Source of the DNA: an uncultured archaeon
GTDB taxonomy: Archaea; Asgardarchaeota; Lokiarchaeia; Sigyniarchaeales; Promethearchaeaceae
Assembly (NCBI GenBank): GCA_964426185.1
Contig: CAYRPF010000105.1
Span: forward strand, 1 to 8,455
Reading direction: 5' to 3'
Length of the DNA stretch: 8,455 nucleotides
A program made the position numbers and the translations under genes. Under the pieces are notes generated by a model, which saw nothing but the letters and a program-made list of their open reading frames with translations, did no database searches and had not been told where the DNA came from. Positions 8,101-8,455 of the stretch are shown here, one piece after another. Every line of letters starts with the position of its first letter. Position 1 is the first letter of the stretch.

Positions 8101-8223
8101 AGTCTTTAATGATTCTTTTTTTGAAGATTGAATATATTGTGATAAATTAGAAAAACCCTGTGTAGGTGATGTTTTCTTTAAATTTTTTCTTTTCCTACTA
8201 CTTTTTTTTGGAGAGGTTTTCAT
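5134..8223 (-). CDS. polB1: Family B DNA polymerase, archaeal PolB1 (Dpo1-like) type, with intact proofreading and polymerase motifs
   Basis: ExoI FDIEV, ExoII FNGDNFD, ExoIII YNMMDS; region II DFSSLYP, region III KVFINGAYG, region I YGDTDS, plus KKNY and PQHV. Dpo1-like signatures LLTVEYDG..KA, HHPY, LTTFNN, ISAWIK...EHRR and STFEQIL. C-terminal PIP-like LENFF. Subfamily assigned from recalled similarity to Saccharolobus Dpo1. Confidence 0.96.
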   Translation of the reverse strand: MKTSPKKSSRKRKNLKKTSPTQGFSNLSQYIQSSKKESLKTVKKEKSKQKSNPITDLSQITSKQKSNNHKIKSTKNEEDIQPPIKRKKSTSKPKKTEEKAIKTENNIEKTIEPTETSKSIKKEVKLPHSPEITKLKKEVQKQTKLKKVFLENVELDFGDYPLKNQYPRHSKESQKSYHLRLLKSENKIIRNLQDGLLLTVEYDGDLNKAFAKFYDFSDNKIKIWIDTTNHHPYCFHKDQKSTLEMNNNLISFPGYDGMETVKKYDLLADQEISVTKIYGKTPTDIGGSQGIKALLDGAWEANIRYHHSFIYDNNLIPGMRYKIVNGNVIPLDPQLDPSLDQKLHQVFQNEAPEIQAMADVYHPIFSSPIPSLKRMAFDIEVEDTEDGRLPDPTLSKYKVISVSFAATDGLRMVYCLDRTDLQEGTFPESFPKNVEVIFFKSEKDLIIETFRKIWEYPIVITFNGDNFDNSYLYHRARRLKIDETLNPILTSRGGGMVSRNTDYKQSLHLDIFQFFANRSIKGYAFGGAYLKNSLEDIASSLLGEGKVKHEGTLIGDMSLASLIHYNMMDSILTLELTTFNNNLMWNLLVVLMRVTRLPFQDLYRLQISAWIKSLLLTEHRRMNYLVPRMSELEERGGFNRSNAEKFQGAYVIDPVPGIHFKVAVLDFSSLYPTTIKTRNLSYETINCLHPECKKNKLPEINYWVCTKRMGIFAKVVGYLRDVRVNYFKPISNDPSISPKDRQAASVMTSALKVFINGAYGVFGSPNFNLYFRPVAEATTALGRYSIHQTIKKSESMDIKVLYGDTDSVFLLNPNETQVQELVKWSKADLDLDLELEKTYQFLGLSERKKNYIGVRTGGEQVDLKGLMVKKYNTPEFIKKKFKEVQDELVQITDLATFNQKKKKIIHIIRSTLKAIGKPPENGGFKIEDYAITVIIRREIRTYTKTSPQHVKAAKMLRGKELANLGPGSFISFVKTRSSEGVKPVSQASLDDIDVAKYKELVKSTFEQILDPLGINYQEIQGIKKLENFF

Positions 8224-8246
8224 ACTAATTTAAGAATTAAATTACT

Positions 8247-8266
8247 TCTTAAAAAAGATCTTTTAA
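8247..8266 (-). promoter_or_regulatory. Candidate TATA region for polB overlapping a 12-bp palindrome
   Basis: Minus strand AAAAGATCTTTTTTAAGA places TTTTAA about 26-31 nt upstream of ATG 8223, the spacing expected for a leaderless or short-leader archaeal transcript. Confidence 0.4.
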
Positions 8267-8293
8267 TTTTTTCGTAGTTTTGCAAAATGATAA

Positions 8294-8309
8294 CAAAACC
8301 CTTAATAAT
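8294..8309 (+). promoter_or_regulatory. Candidate BRE/TATA promoter for the thiolase gene
   Basis: CAAAACCCTTAATAAT is an A-rich stretch followed by TTAATAA, about 60-70 nt upstream of ATG 8368. Confidence 0.35.
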
Positions 8310-8367
8310 CGTCAGAAAAAATTTTCATCATATCGATTTAAATGATCGGATCGATGAAGTGGGAAAA

Positions 8368-8455
8368 ATGAATAAAAATATTGTTATAGTGAGCGCATGT
8401 CGAACGCCAATAGGTGCATTTGGTGGATCATTGAAAAGTGTACCCGCACCTCAGC
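8368..8455 (+). CDS. Thiolase (acetyl-CoA C-acetyltransferase/acyltransferase), 5' part, truncated by the window end
   Basis: Manual translation MNKNIVIVSACRTPIGAFGGSLKSVPAPQ contains the AtoB/PhaA-type thiolase N-terminal motif RTPIG.FGGSL. Not listed in the ORF track. The frame is also open from ATG 8287. Confidence 0.88.
   Translation, partial: MNKNIVIVSACRTPIGAFGGSLKSVPAPQ

Noticed and set aside
7760-8220. Tandem repeat or CRISPR-like array in the T-rich stretch
   Set aside because: The pattern reflects Lys/Glu codons on the minus strand, with no fixed-length repeat-spacer structure.
5134-8223. Intein, split gene or inactivated PolB2-type polymerase as the explanation for the 1029 aa length
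   Set aside because: Motifs are contiguous and intact with no intein signatures. The extra length is the N-terminal tail.
8287-8367. 27 aa N-terminal extension of the thiolase from ATG 8287
   Set aside because: It overlaps the candidate promoter, and thiolase similarity begins at Met 8368.

Overview
AT-rich archaeal chromosomal window, most consistent with an Asgard (Lokiarchaeia-like) genome. This is inferred from a Dpo1/PolB1-type polymerase, archaeal-style promoter and oligo-T signals, and bacterial-type metabolic genes, and is not proven. Contents from left to right: a probable 3' stub of an upstream gene; tRNA-Thr(UGU) on the minus strand with encoded CCA; a doubly membrane-anchored C25 (gingipain-family) cysteine peptidase; a two-TM hypothetical protein; a convergent glutamine-dependent NAD+ synthetase (nadE); a family B DNA polymerase of the PolB1 type; and the start of a divergently transcribed thiolase missing from the ORF track. 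I see no mobile element, CRISPR array or clearly new multi-gene system. The best leads are inside the proteins: a ~190 aa basic N-terminal extension on PolB1 carrying a motif that mirrors its C-terminal PCNA-binding motif, a C-x-H-x2-C-x12-C site placed like the Pol epsilon CysX site, a prodomain-less sequon-rich C25 peptidase, and an in-frame polB-UGA-nadE junction.
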